Counted from the first letter of the stretch, positions 1 through 9,752 are shown. The stretch is DNA of 35,188 bases from Burkholderiales bacterium (GCA_027457185.1 DAIDTN010000136.1:1-35188), one strand, 5' to 3'. Numbers and translations are program-made. Notes: generated by a model from the letters alone, not told the origin.

Positions 1-3000
1 CTTCACGGCGTGCGAGCGGCTGGCTGATCCACCATGCGATCGCTGGCGAGGCAATCCACAGGAACAGAATCGGTCCCGCCATTTGCAGCGTGGCCGGCGT
101 CGATTCGGCCAGATAGCCAGCCGCGGCGATGGCGAGTGCCGGTGCGATCCACATCGATTGGTAGCAGGCGGCGAGGCCGGTGCGATCGGCGCGATCAGGG
201 CGGCCCGAGGGAGCCCATTCCAGCAGCTGTTTCTGCGTGACCATCACGCGCCAGTGGGTGCGCAGGATCGCGTCCAGGCTGAAGTATGCCTCGTAGGGCA
301 GACATGCAAGTGCGAGCACTGCTTGCGCAAAGTGCCCGAGCGCCGAGCGCAATACGGCGGCGGCGTGCTGAGCGGGCTGCAGGTCATCCGGCTTGCGCAA
401 CAGGTTAAGCATCAGGGCAATCAGGGGCGGAACCAGCATGATGCCGATCACCACCAGGCTCCAGAACCAGCTTGGTGACAAAACGGTCCAGCCCAGCAGC
501 AACAGGAGCGTCAATGCCGCGGGTACGAGACTGCGCCGCATGTTGTCGAAGATTTTCCACTGGGACAGTGCCGAGAGCGGGTTGCGCTGCCGCCCGGCGG
601 CGGAATCGGCGCCGTTGCCGGGTACGCGCGGCAACAGCCACGAGGCAATCTGCCAGTCACCGCGGATCCAGCGGTGGCGGCGGTTCACGTCGGCGCTGTA
701 GCTGGGCGGATATTCCTCGTACAACTGCACATCGCTTAGCAGCGCGGCGCGTGCATGACAGCCTTCCAGCAGGTCGTGACTGAGTATCCGGTTTTCGGGA
801 AAACGCCCCCTGAGCGATCGCTCGAACGCATCGACGTCATAGATGCCTTTGCCGATGAACGAGCCCTCGCCGAACAGGTCCTGGTAGACGTCGGAGACGG
901 CGCGCGTATAAGGGGCGATGCCGGGTTCGCTGCCGAACAGTCGCGCATAGCGCGACCGGTTGGTGCCCGGAAGGCTCACCGCCACGCGCGGCTGCAGGAT
1001 GCCGTAGCCTCCGCTTACCCGCCGCTGCTTTTCGTCGAAGTGCGCGCGATTCAGCGGATGCGCCATCGCGCCGACGAACTGGCGCGCCGAATCGCGCGGC
1101 AGCTGCGTATCCACATCCAGGGTAATAACGTACTTTACGCCGGACAATACCTCGGTCGGGCCGACGACCAGCGAGAAACATTCCTGCCCGCCGCCGCGCA
1201 GCAGGAAATTCAAATCCGCCAGCTTTCCTCGCTTGCGCTCGTAACCCATCCATAGATGTTCCTGGGGATTCCAGCGGCGCGGGCGGTGGAACAGGAAAAA
1301 GGCGTCGCCTTTGACGCCGCTTTCGGCGCTCCTGTACTTTTCATTCAGTTCTTCGATCCTGGTCCTCGCCAGAAGCAACAGCGCCCGGTCCTCTGGCAGT
1401 GTCTCCTCGTGCGCGTCGCAAAAATCGGTCAGCAGGCCGAACTTCAGTTGCTCATCCCGGTTCGCAAGGAATCGGACCTCAAGCGCTTCGATCAGATCCT
1501 CGATGTTTTGCGCGCTGGTGAGGATGGCCGGAACCACAACCAGCGTGCGGCAGTCCGGGGGGATTCCACTGGAGAAGTCCAGACGCGGCAGCGTACGCGG
1601 CGTTGCGAGCACGGTTGCCGCCCAGTTGACCAGCGCGATGGCCAAATGACCGGTGCAGAAGAGCAGCAGGATCGCTATCGGTGCAAGTAACCAGCCATGC
1701 AGCCCGCCCGCCTGCGCCTTCGCCAGCAAAGCGTCGGAAAAAACCAGTGTCAGCAGCACGGTCGCGCCCAGGGAAAGAGGCAAAGCAAACCTGCCGCAGG
1801 TTCGCTGCAGCGCCTCGGCGATCGACAAGCGCACCTGTGCCGCGCGTTTGAGCTGTGACAGGCCCTTGTCGATAAGGTAATAACCCACGTGCGCAGTTCT
1901 ATCGCCACTGCCGCGGGCAGCGACTCTAGCCAGCGCGCCGGCCGCGCCTTCGTGCGCCAGCTGAATCGCTTTGCGCGCGACCTCGCCTTCGGACAGACGG
2001 CTGCCCTTCGCGGTCTCCTCGACTGCGTGCCGGTAGCGATCGCGGGTGGCGAAATCCATCCGGGCGTAGACCCCGGCCGGATCCTGCCGAAGCTTCTGCT
2101 CGACGCCGCTCATGGTTTCGACGAACTCGCGCCAGTCCATCGCGCCGAGAAAGCGCAAACTGCCGATGCTGTTCGCGATCGATACCTGCACGGAGGCCTG
2201 CTTTTGGGTTTCCGACTGCACCAGCTGTTCGATCGTCAGTCCGGACTCGGATAGCCGCTGCTCGATCCAGGTCAGCGGTAATGCCAGAGCGGGGCTCTGG
2301 CCCTGCAGGCGTCGCGCAAGTTCGGCGACAAACGAACTGACCATGGGTGGGTTCGATCGCGCCATGTCCGATACCACCAGGATCAGGCTTTTGGGATCTT
2401 GTTCGGCGACTTCCATCATCTGGTCCGCCCAGGCGTCGGCGCGATCCCGGTCGATGGTGCTCGCCACCTCGCGAGCGCCGACGCGGCGCAGGTTCTCGAT
2501 CAGAGCCAGGCGCAGCATGATGGGAATCGCCCACAATTCGCCCAACTTGAGTGCGGTGATCTGCTGGTAGGCGGTGACGAAGCGGCTCAGGCTCTCCGGA
2601 TCTACCCGGCCGTCGCCGTGAGCGATCGCCTCAAGCGCAATGTCATACACGCGCGGCAGCCCGGCCGACGGGCCCAGAGCCAGGCGCGGAAGTTCCCTGC
2701 TGTAGCCCTTAGGCAAATGGCGTTTTGCCGTGCGTATCTGCTCTTCGATCAGATAGAAATTATCGAGCAGCCATTCACCTGCCGGCGAAATCCGGCGGTT
2801 GGCCTTGCCCTGCGTCGTCAGAAGTTTATAGGCTTGCAGCAGAACGTCTGCATTCTCGGCCAGCCGCGAGAGGAGCTTATCCGATCCGCGTTGCAAGCCC
2901 AGCCGGTGCGATCCCGCCAGGGACTTGCCGTGCTGTTCCATCTGTTCGGCACCAAACAGCTCCGCTCGCAACGGCTGTGCGTCACCGGCGGGCTGTGCTC

Positions 3001-3100
3001 GTGCGAGAGCGTTGCCGCGCAGGCGCGCCCACAACCGGGCCGCGCCGTCGCGTAGGTTTTTGCTGCGCAAAGGGCTTCGCGTTGTCGAAGCGTTTTTCAC
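1..3100 (-). CDS. ndvB: cyclic beta-1,2-glucan synthase (NdvB/ChvB/Cgs type), N-terminal ~1033 codons; gene runs off the window start
   Basis: The minus-strand frame is open from 3100 to the window edge. It is missing from the ORF track only because it has no stop inside the window. My translation gives ..PLRAELFGAEQMEQHGKSLA.., GEWLLDNFYLIEEQIRTAKRHLPKGY, a TM block, VITLDVDTQLPRD (a DxD-type glycosyltransferase motif) and NRRHRWIRGDWQIASWLLP. These are hallmarks I recognise from cyclic glucan synthases. I assign the start to the GTG at 3100, 7 nt after the DUF883 stop. An ATG at 2941 would remove the conserved LRAELF segment. Confidence 0.8.
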   Translation of the reverse strand, partial: MKNASTTRSPLRSKNLRDGAARLWARLRGNALARAQPAGDAQPLRAELFGAEQMEQHGKSLAGSHRLGLQRGSDKLLSRLAENADVLLQAYKLLTTQGKANRRISPAGEWLLDNFYLIEEQIRTAKRHLPKGYSRELPRLALGPSAGLPRVYDIALEAIAHGDGRVDPESLSRFVTAYQQITALKLGELWAIPIMLRLALIENLRRVGAREVASTIDRDRADAWADQMMEVAEQDPKSLILVVSDMARSNPPMVSSFVAELARRLQGQSPALALPLTWIEQRLSESGLTIEQLVQSETQKQASVQVSIANSIGSLRFLGAMDWREFVETMSGVEQKLRQDPAGVYARMDFATRDRYRHAVEETAKGSRLSEGEVARKAIQLAHEGAAGALARVAARGSGDRTAHVGYYLIDKGLSQLKRAAQVRLSIAEALQRTCGRFALPLSLGATVLLTLVFSDALLAKAQAGGLHGWLLAPIAILLLFCTGHLAIALVNWAATVLATPRTLPRLDFSSGIPPDCRTLVVVPAILTSAQNIEDLIEALEVRFLANRDEQLKFGLLTDFCDAHEETLPEDRALLLLARTRIEELNEKYRSAESGVKGDAFFLFHRPRRWNPQEHLWMGYERKRGKLADLNFLLRGGGQECFSLVVGPTEVLSGVKYVITLDVDTQLPRDSARQFVGAMAHPLNRAHFDEKQRRVSGGYGILQPRVAVSLPGTNRSRYARLFGSEPGIAPYTRAVSDVYQDLFGEGSFIGKGIYDVDAFERSLRGRFPENRILSHDLLEGCHARAALLSDVQLYEEYPPSYSADVNRRHRWIRGDWQIASWLLPRVPGNGADSAAGRQRNPLSALSQWKIFDNMRRSLVPAALTLLLLLGWTVLSPSWFWSLVVIGIMLVPPLIALMLNLLRKPDDLQPAQHAAAVLRSALGHFAQAVLALACLPYEAYFSLDAILRTHWRVMVTQKQLLEWAPSGRPDRADRTGLAACYQSMWIAPALAIAAAGYLAESTPATLQMAGPILFLWIASPAIAWWISQPLARRE

Positions 3101-3107
3101 CGGCCCG

Positions 3108-3473
3108 TCAGCGGATAAAGCGGCCGATGAAATATCCCGCTGCCAACGCACAAGCGACGGATTTCCACGGGTGCGCCGCAATGTACTGACCCGCATCAGC
3201 GGCTGCTGTCCGCTGCGTTGCTCTGAGGCTGTTGCTTTGCTCATTCAGCCATGCCGCCGTCGGCGCCGCGGCACCGGCGGCCTTGTCGACCACCTGGTGG
3301 GCCGCTTCGGCAGCGCGATCGATGGCCGGCGCGACCTTGCGCGCCGCGTCATCGGCCGCTGCGGCGACCCGGTCGACAGCGCCGTGCAGGCTGGACGCTG
3401 CCTTGTTCAAGGCGGCGTCCGTGGTGTCGTTGCCGGTTGCAATGGGCGTGACGGCGTGGCTTGTGACTTTCAT
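3108..3473 (-). CDS. DUF883 (ElaB/YqjD/YgaM-like) tail-anchored stress protein
   Basis: 121-aa ORF with an Ala-rich helical body and the family-typical C-terminal anchor ..HPWKSVACALAAGYFIGRFIR. TGA stop. Confidence 0.8.
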   Translation of the reverse strand: MKVTSHAVTPIATGNDTTDAALNKAASSLHGAVDRVAAAADDAARKVAPAIDRAAEAAHQVVDKAAGAAAPTAAWLNEQSNSLRATQRTAAADAGQYIAAHPWKSVACALAAGYFIGRFIR

Positions 3474-3592
3474 CGGTATTCTCCAGTTTTAACAGCGGCA
3501 ATCCCGGAAAGGGCGTTTGGCGGATCCGGATCGGCAAGGACAAAGCGGCCGCGCCGGGCGAGGACCAAGACTACGATCAAAATCGACGGACG

Positions 3593-3620
3593 TATGTACG
3601 CAAGCGCACGGAGCGCAGCC
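3593..3620 (+). repeat. intergenic palindromic element, copy 1 (TATGTACGCAAGCGCACGGAGCGCAGCC)
   Basis: Matches the TATGTRCGC-NN-GCGCAC.. core shared by 8 intergenic loci. It lies in the divergent spacer between the DUF883 and asmA-like genes. Confidence 0.6.
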
Positions 3621-3703
3621 ATTGGCTCGCGCATAATTTGCGCAATACAGCGGAAGGACCCCAGCCGGCCGGGATCAATCGATCGCGCCGGCTCTACAGC
3701 GCT

Positions 3704-5677
3704 ATGACACGTTCGCGTTTGCTCAAATGGACGGCCGGACTCGTTCTCGCGCCAGTCCTGCTGGCCTTCCTGTTTATCGCTATTTTCGGATGGAACTGGC
3801 TGCGCGGGCCGATCGAGCGCATGACACTGGAGAAGACCGGCCGCGAACTGGTCATCGGCGGCGATCTGCAACTCAGGTTCGGCTGGCCGCTGCCGCGCAT
3901 TCGTGCCGGCGCGGTGACGTTCGCGAATCCCGCCTGGGCCAGGGAAAAGCAGATGGTCGCGGCGGATACGGTGGAGGTCACGATCGACCTGCCGCAGCTG
4001 CTTCGACGCAACATCGTGCTGCCCGAAGTGCGGCTGGTGCGTCCGGTCGTATTCCTGGAGCAGGGCAGCGGCGGCCGCAAAAACTGGCTGCTGGACGTGA
4101 ATCAGCAGGACGAACAGGCGCGTGTCCGCATTGACCGTGTAATTCTCGACCAGGGCCGGCTCGGCTATGACGATGCAGCGCAGAAGACCAGCATCCGCGC
4201 CGAACTTTCGACCGGGCTCTCGGCCTCGGCCGCGCAGTCAGCCGGAGGAGAGCTCAGCTTCACCGCGACGGGGCAATACAAGGGCATGCCGCTCAAGGCG
4301 CAGGGAAAGGGCGGATCAGTGCTCGGTCTGCGCGATGAAGTCACGCCTTATCCGCTGCAGGCCGATCTCACCGTGGGCCGCACCGGCGTCAGGGTCGACG
4401 GCACCATTACCAGCCTGCTGAAGTTCTCTGCGATGGATATGCGCCTGTCCCTGCGCGGCGACAGCCTGGCGCAGTTGTTCCCGCTGCTTGGCATCGCGCT
4501 GCCGCAAACACGGGCTTACGCGACCGAAGGGCACATCGTGCATAGCGGGCGCAGCTGGCGCTACGAGAAGTTCTCGGGCCGCATCGGCGACAGCGACATC
4601 GCCGGCACCTTGCAGGTCGACACCGGCGGCAAGCGCCCGGCGATGAAAGCGGAGCTGGAATCAAAATTGCTCGATTTGGCGGATCTCGGCCCCTTGATCG
4701 GATCGAGGCCGGGCAGCGTGGACGCCGCCAAAAAGGCGGCACCTCCGCCTTCTCAGACATCCTCGCCGATGCCAGCACAGGCGCGTGTGCTGCCGGACGT
4801 GCCGTTCAACACCGACCGCTGGGATAGCGTCGACGCGGAGGTGACACTCAGGGCAAAAACCATCCGCCGCGCCAAGGAGCTGCCGATCGAAGACCTGGTG
4901 ACCCATTTGAGCCTGCGCGATTCCGTGCTGACGCTCAATCCGCTGGATTTCGGCGTGGCCTGCGTGCAACTCGATGCCGTGATTTCGCTCGATGGACGCG
5001 CAGACCCGATCCAGGCGCGCGCCCAGGTGCGGGCGCGGAAAATTCTCCTGGCCAGACTGTTTCCGGCGGTCGCGCTCAGCAAGACCAGCATCGGCCAGAT
5101 CAACGGCGAATTCGATCTCGCGGGCAAAGGCAACTCGGTCGGGCGCATGCTGGCGAGCTCCAACGGCAAGGTGGGGCTGGTCGTCGCCAACGGCGAAATC
5201 AGCAAAATGATGATGGAAAAGATCGGCCTGCACCTTTGGGAAATGCTGGTTCTGAAAGTGAGCGGCGACAAACTCGTCAAGCTGCGCTGCGGCGTCGCCG
5301 ATTTCGACGTCAAGGGCGGCATCATGCATGCCGACGCGCTCATCTTCGACACCGAAGTCACCACCATCATCGGCACCGGCAGCATCGATCTGGGGCAGGA
5401 GCGGCTGGATCTGACGCTCAATCAGAAAACGAAGGACACCAGTCCCGTGGCCTTACGCAGCCCGATTTACATTCGCGGCAGCTTTGCCAAGCCCGATGTC
5501 GAAGTCGACAAGGGGCGCGTGGCCTTGCGAGCAATCGGCGCGATTGCGCTGGGTATTGCCAGTCCGGGGCTGGCGCTGATCCCCCTGATCGACGCCGGTC
5601 CGGGAAAAGACAGCGATTGCGCAAAATTGGTACGGGAGGCGAGGGCGCTGCCGAAAAAAGCAGGCCCTCGGTCATGA
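3704..5677 (+). CDS. AsmA family protein (envelope assembly / lipid transport)
   Basis: N-terminal TM anchor (LKWTAGLVLAPVLLAFLFIAIFGW) followed by the repetitive beta-rich AsmA pattern (..VIGGDLQLRFGWPLPRIRAGAVTFANP.., ..DLTLNQKTKD..IYIRGSFAKPDV). I moved the start from the track's 3638 to the ATG at 3704 (MTRSRLLKW). Confidence 0.8.
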   Translation: MTRSRLLKWTAGLVLAPVLLAFLFIAIFGWNWLRGPIERMTLEKTGRELVIGGDLQLRFGWPLPRIRAGAVTFANPAWAREKQMVAADTVEVTIDLPQLLRRNIVLPEVRLVRPVVFLEQGSGGRKNWLLDVNQQDEQARVRIDRVILDQGRLGYDDAAQKTSIRAELSTGLSASAAQSAGGELSFTATGQYKGMPLKAQGKGGSVLGLRDEVTPYPLQADLTVGRTGVRVDGTITSLLKFSAMDMRLSLRGDSLAQLFPLLGIALPQTRAYATEGHIVHSGRSWRYEKFSGRIGDSDIAGTLQVDTGGKRPAMKAELESKLLDLADLGPLIGSRPGSVDAAKKAAPPPSQTSSPMPAQARVLPDVPFNTDRWDSVDAEVTLRAKTIRRAKELPIEDLVTHLSLRDSVLTLNPLDFGVACVQLDAVISLDGRADPIQARAQVRARKILLARLFPAVALSKTSIGQINGEFDLAGKGNSVGRMLASSNGKVGLVVANGEISKMMMEKIGLHLWEMLVLKVSGDKLVKLRCGVADFDVKGGIMHADALIFDTEVTTIIGTGSIDLGQERLDLTLNQKTKDTSPVALRSPIYIRGSFAKPDVEVDKGRVALRAIGAIALGIASPGLALIPLIDAGPGKDSDCAKLVREARALPKKAGPRS

Positions 5678-5765
5678 GCATGAACCGAGGGCCTGGACCC
5701 GCCAATCAACTTCAGGGAGGAGAAAAAGTGACCGGCGAGTACGGCAAGAGTATCCCCCGCCGTTT

Positions 5766-5793
5766 GCGCCGGTTCTGTGCGCCAGCGCACATA
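5766..5793 (-). repeat. intergenic palindromic element, copy 2 (rc: TATGTGCGCTGGCGCACAGAACCGGCGC)
   Basis: Contains the perfect 7-2-7 inverted repeat TGTGCGC-CA-GCGCACA at 5776-5791. It lies in the convergent spacer between asmA and the DUF330 lipoprotein gene. Confidence 0.65.
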
Positions 5794-5946
5794 AGACAAC
5801 CGACATTTGGACGCCGGCGGAATTTGACGATTTTTGGCTGCGGTTGCACGACCCGGCGGCCGGTTCAGGATGATGCCTATCAATCTTGTGGGATTCATTT
5901 GCTCCTATCTCCGGGAGAGGTAAAGGAGTGATTCGAAACAACTGCG

Positions 5947-6618
5947 CTATTGCCCGTGTTTCCATCCGCGCGCCGCTACGGCACAGAAAGCCGCAAGTTC
6001 ATCGACTACCGACCGCACCGCACGATTGGCCGCCACCACGCCTCCATACGCGTTCTCGCTCGTGGCGGGAACGGCAGCCTCGAACTCGCGCGAGGCAAGC
6101 ACGCGGCGCGTCTTGTCGTCAACGAGATAGGCACGCAGCGTGAAACGCACGCGGCTGGGCGGGCTTGCGAACTCCTGCTGCAACCGGATGATTTCGGTAT
6201 CGAGCCGCAGGTCGCCGTCCGCGGAACTGGGCGCCAGCACTACGGCGCGGAATGCCGCAGTGTTCCCGATGGTGGCGACAAGCAGCGGCGCGAGCATGCG
6301 TGCCGGTGTGTCCACCCATTCACTGTGCGCGAAGTATTCGAGCTTGTGGGCTTCGCGCACATACATGATGTGCGGGCTGTCGAAGCCGGCGGCTGCGTGC
6401 GGAGGATTGACGATCAGCGTCGGCGCCGTGGACGATGATGCAGAGGCCGGAGCCGGCGTCGGAGTTACGGCCGGTGCCGTGCCCCGACTGGTCTCGAGTG
6501 AATAGAAAGTTGGAGGTGACGGTGCTCCCGCGCGCAGCGTGCCGCATGCACCGATCTCCATAACCAAAGCACCGGCGGCAAGGAGCCGGCACAATCGAGC
6601 GAAAGGTATCATTTTCAT
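5947..6618 (-). CDS. ABC-transport auxiliary lipoprotein (PqiC/YmbA-like, DUF330)
   Basis: Last 223 aa of track ORF 5947..7773, beginning MKMIPFARLCRLLAAGALVMEIGAC (signal peptide plus lipobox-like Cys). The body (..FDSPHIMYVREAHKLEYFAHSEWVDTPARML.., ..LRLDTEIIRLQQEF..) is typical of DUF330. Its ATG overlaps the MlaD-like stop (ATGA). Confidence 0.75.
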   Translation of the reverse strand: MKMIPFARLCRLLAAGALVMEIGACGTLRAGAPSPPTFYSLETSRGTAPAVTPTPAPASASSSTAPTLIVNPPHAAAGFDSPHIMYVREAHKLEYFAHSEWVDTPARMLAPLLVATIGNTAAFRAVVLAPSSADGDLRLDTEIIRLQQEFASPPSRVRFTLRAYLVDDKTRRVLASREFEAAVPATSENAYGGVVAANRAVRSVVDELAAFCAVAARGWKHGQ

Positions 6619-7553
6619 GGTTTTGATGGTCCCGCTTTTCGTTCTCCCGGCCCTTCCGCGACCGGTTTGCGGCCGAGAAGAAACGCGCTCGGGTCGCGCT
6701 CGGTCTGCTCGCTCAGCCGGCGCAGCGAAGTTGTCAGAGCGCTTAGTTCGCCGAGCATGCGTTCCAGCTCCGGCAGGGTTTCCGCGGTGAAGTGCTTTAC
6801 GCCGGCGCCGATCGAGTTGACCGTCTTGCCGGTGCTGGCGCTGGTCCGGGCTACCTCCTTCCCCATTTTTTCGATCGCATCGGCGCTGCGTCCGATGCGT
6901 TCGATGACGGGTCCGATCTGCGCCGTCGCGCGTGAGCTGTGTTCCAACGTGCGGCCGGCATCGCTTATGCCCGCGTCGATGGTGTCCTTGCGCGCAGCGA
7001 TCGTGTGCGCCACGGTGGCGATGTCGGCGAGCGCGCTGGAAAACGCCGCCCGGTTCTGGTCGCTTAGAATGGCATTGATGTTGGCCGAGGTGCTGTCGAG
7101 TTTCGCCAGTACGCTGGTGAGCACGTTCTCCAGCCGCGCGCTGAGCGAGGGTTTGGTGCGGATTACCGGATAGCGGCTTCCCGCGGTCGCGCGCAGTATA
7201 GGCGCATCCGCGGCGCCGCCGCTGAGTTCGACATAGGCGATCCCGGTCAGGCCCTGCGTTTTCAGAACCGCTTCCGTGTCCTCTTTGATCGGCGTGCCGC
7301 GTTCGATCGCGAACAGCAGGTTCACCCGTTTCGGGTTGCCCGGGTCGAGGCTTATCTCCTGCACCTTGCCCACGTCGACGCCGCTGTACTTCACCGGCGC
7401 GTTCAGATTGAGGCCGGCCACCGATTCGTTTTCGACCGCCAGGTACAGGTCGTATTTCTTCTGCAGGGCGCCGCCCGAGGCGAGCCAGAGCGCGACGACG
7501 AGCAGCACCGCGCCGAGGACGAGCACGAACAGGCCGACTATCGGATAGTTCAC
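6615..7553 (-). CDS. MlaD/MCE-domain substrate-binding protein
   Basis: ..NYPIVGLFVLVLGAVLLVVALWL.. TM segment followed by an MCE domain (VAGLNLNAPVKYSGVDVGKVQEISLD). The start is set to the GTG at 7553, which overlaps the ATPase TGA (GTGA). The track's 7757 start adds an Arg/Gly-rich non-coding-looking leader. Confidence 0.8.
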   Translation of the reverse strand: MNYPIVGLFVLVLGAVLLVVALWLASGGALQKKYDLYLAVENESVAGLNLNAPVKYSGVDVGKVQEISLDPGNPKRVNLLFAIERGTPIKEDTEAVLKTQGLTGIAYVELSGGAADAPILRATAGSRYPVIRTKPSLSARLENVLTSVLAKLDSTSANINAILSDQNRAAFSSALADIATVAHTIAARKDTIDAGISDAGRTLEHSSRATAQIGPVIERIGRSADAIEKMGKEVARTSASTGKTVNSIGAGVKHFTAETLPELERMLGELSALTTSLRRLSEQTERDPSAFLLGRKPVAEGPGERKAGPSKP

Positions 7554-8452
7554 TTTGGTTTCGATGGCGGCCTCTCGGTCTTGGTATCGGTGTGCGCATC
7601 CGCCTGCCGCGCTTCCTGCTCCTGCGCCGCCCTGCCGCGCGGGCCGTCGAAGAACTGGCGGATGGCGGGATGGTCCATGCGCGCGAGCTCGGACATTGAG
7701 CCGATGCCCTGTACCTTGCCCTCGGCGAGCACGGCGACGCGGTCGGCAACCTGCCACAGCAGGTCGAGGTCATGCGTGATCATGACTATGGTCAGGCCGA
7801 ACAGGTCGCGTAGCCTGCGCACGAGTTCGTCGACGCCGCCGGCGCTGTCCGGGTCGAGGCCGGCGGTCGGCTCGTCGAGAAACAGCAGCTCCGGGTCGAG
7901 TGCCAGCGCGCGGGCCAGCGATGCGCGCTTCATCATGCCGCCGCTGAGCTCGGACGGATACTGTGCGCCGACCTCGGGCGCAAGGCCGGTGAGGGCGAGC
8001 TTCGACGCCGCGATATCGTCGATCAACGCGTCTTCGAGCTCGGTGTGCTCGCGCAGCGGCAGGCCGACGTTTTCGCTCACCGTGAGCGCGCCGAACAAGC
8101 CGCCGTGCTGGAACATCACGCCCCAGCGCTGGCGCAGCGCCAGGGCCGCGTCGTCCCCGGCGGTCTGCAGATCGACGCCGAGCACCCGGATTGAGCCTGA
8201 ATCCGGGCGCTGCAGCAGGATCATCTCGCGCAGCAGGGTCGACTTGCCGGAGCCTGAGCCGCCGACCAGCGCGAATATTTCTGCGCGGCGCACTTCGAGG
8301 TCGAGTCCGGCATGCACCACATGCTCGCCGAAGCGCGTCGACAGCCGGCTGATCTCGATAACCCTGTCGTCATCGTGCAAGGTGTTGCCGAGCACGGTGT
8401 CTTCGCGCGAGGCCTTGTTGTGCCCGGCGTCGGTATGCGCTGCGATTTGCAT
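7550..8452 (-). CDS. ABC transporter ATP-binding protein (MlaF-like)
   Basis: Walker A GGSGSGKST, ABC signature LSGGMMKR, Walker B LLFLDEPTAGLD and H-loop ITHD. Confidence 0.9.
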   Translation of the reverse strand: MQIAAHTDAGHNKASREDTVLGNTLHDDDRVIEISRLSTRFGEHVVHAGLDLEVRRAEIFALVGGSGSGKSTLLREMILLQRPDSGSIRVLGVDLQTAGDDAALALRQRWGVMFQHGGLFGALTVSENVGLPLREHTELEDALIDDIAASKLALTGLAPEVGAQYPSELSGGMMKRASLARALALDPELLFLDEPTAGLDPDSAGGVDELVRRLRDLFGLTIVMITHDLDLLWQVADRVAVLAEGKVQGIGSMSELARMDHPAIRQFFDGPRGRAAQEQEARQADAHTDTKTERPPSKPK

Positions 8453-8453
8453 G

Positions 8454-9590
8454 TCAGAGATTCAGTGCGCTGAAGGCGACCGAGAACAGGGCATCGGCAA
8501 CGATCACGAGAAAAATAGACTGGACCACGCTGAGCGTGGTCTGGCGGCCGACGCTGTCGGCTCCGCCTTTGGCGCGAAAGCCCTGGAAGCAGCCGACCAC
8601 GGCGATAATGGCGGCGAACACCGGTGCTTTGCAGATGCCGATCAGATAGGAAGTAATGCTGACCGACTTGACAAAGCGGTCGAGAAACACGCCGAAACCG
8701 ACACCGAGCTGCGCGCGCGCCATGATCATGCCGCCGAACACGCCGAGCACGTCCGCAAACACGGTCAGCAGCGGCAGCGCGATCAACAGCGCGAGGATTT
8801 TCGGCAGAACCAGCAGATCCAGGGGCGCGATGCCGAGCGTGCGCATGGCGTCGATTTCCTCGGTCACGGACATGGTGCCGATCTGGGCGGCGTAGGCCGA
8901 GCCCGAGCGACCGGCGATGATGATGGCGGTGATCAAAGGCGCGAACTCGCGCAGCATCGACAATCCGACGAGATCGGCGACGAAAATGTTGGCGCCGTAT
9001 TGCCTGAGCTGATCCGCGCCCTGGTAGGCAACCACGATCCCGAGCAGAAAAGACAGCAGGCCGACGATCGGCAGGGCGTTGAAGCCGGCACTGCGAATGT
9101 TGTATAGGACGGGCCGCCACCTTATCCGCCCCGGGTGCGCGACGCTTTGCGCAAGCGCGGCCGCGCTTTCGCCGACAAAGCCGAGCAGGGCAACCATCTG
9201 CTCGAAAGCGGCTTCCGCGCGCCGTCCCAAACCTTCGAGCATGGACGCGGGGGGGCTAGGAGCTGCGGCGAGGGCATCTTTGCGGCCGGCTAGCTGCTCG
9301 CCCACGCCTTGCAGCAGTTTGGCGAACTCCGGGCGCAGGCCGCGCAGGGTCACGACTATGCCTTCGTCGCGCAGGCGCAGCAGCAGTTGTTGCAGCACCC
9401 ACGCCCCGGCCGTGTCCAGGGCCTCGATGCCGGCGGCATCGGCGATGGCCGCTGTTGCGGAAGGCAGGCGCACCGACGCGAGCCGGTGCTGCAGGGTGCC
9501 GATGCCGCGCGCGGTCCAGGACCCCGATAAGGCGAGGTCCTGCGGGTTCGGCTGAGCGATTGCGGCGGGTGCGGCAGACAGTGACTTCAT
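8454..9590 (-). CDS. MlaE-family ABC permease with N-terminal STAS domain
   Basis: 378 aa starting at the ATG at 9590 (MKSLSAAPAAIAQ..). N-terminal STAS-like region (LALSGSWTARGI.. AGIEALDTAGAWVLQQLL), then an MlaE core (..GRSGSAYAAQIGTMSVTEEIDAMRTLGI..). The stop lies 1 nt before the ATPase ATG. Confidence 0.85.
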   Translation of the reverse strand: MKSLSAAPAAIAQPNPQDLALSGSWTARGIGTLQHRLASVRLPSATAAIADAAGIEALDTAGAWVLQQLLLRLRDEGIVVTLRGLRPEFAKLLQGVGEQLAGRKDALAAAPSPPASMLEGLGRRAEAAFEQMVALLGFVGESAAALAQSVAHPGRIRWRPVLYNIRSAGFNALPIVGLLSFLLGIVVAYQGADQLRQYGANIFVADLVGLSMLREFAPLITAIIIAGRSGSAYAAQIGTMSVTEEIDAMRTLGIAPLDLLVLPKILALLIALPLLTVFADVLGVFGGMIMARAQLGVGFGVFLDRFVKSVSITSYLIGICKAPVFAAIIAVVGCFQGFRAKGGADSVGRQTTLSVVQSIFLVIVADALFSVAFSALNL

Positions 9591-9626
9591 GGATGAATTG
9601 CAGGCTAAACCAAATGGATTGCGCGG

Positions 9627-9654
9627 TATGTACGCGGGCGCACACAACCGGCGC
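9627..9654 (+). repeat. intergenic palindromic element, copy 3 (TATGTACGCGGGCGCACACAACCGGCGC)
   Basis: Same core as the other copies. It lies in the divergent spacer between the permease operon and the DUF3096 gene. Confidence 0.6.
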
Positions 9655-9722
9655 TTCGACGAGACAAAGGATCCAGGCGCCGCTGCCCGCGGTTGTCGCA
9701 CCTGCCGTGAAATTGATGCTCC

Positions 9723-9752
9723 TATGTGCGGAAGCGCACGGAGGCGGCAGCG
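9723..9752 (+). repeat. intergenic palindromic element, copy 4 (TATGTGCGGAAGCGCACGGAGGCGGCAGCG)
   Basis: Second copy in the same spacer, about 76-105 nt upstream of the DUF3096 ATG. Confidence 0.55.

Noticed and set aside
5728-5931. 67-codon ORF with a striking AGGGAGGAG Shine-Dalgarno plus GTG in the asmA / lipoprotein convergent spacer.
   Set aside because: It overlaps palindromic element copy 2. The translation is Arg/Cys-rich with no recognisable fold, and GC3 falls off after about 18 codons. It is probably not coding, and I cannot support it.
6619-7773. Long N-terminal extensions in track ORFs 5947..7773, 6615..7757, 8454..10193, 10421..14689, 15480..16673, 16688..17260, 17026..18426, 18426..18779, 20773..21051 and 20721..21695.
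   Set aside because: The extensions run across neighbouring genes or spacers and read as Arg/Pro-rich junk. Internal starts give canonical N-termini, Shine-Dalgarno sequences or stop/start overlaps, so I trimmed the coordinates.
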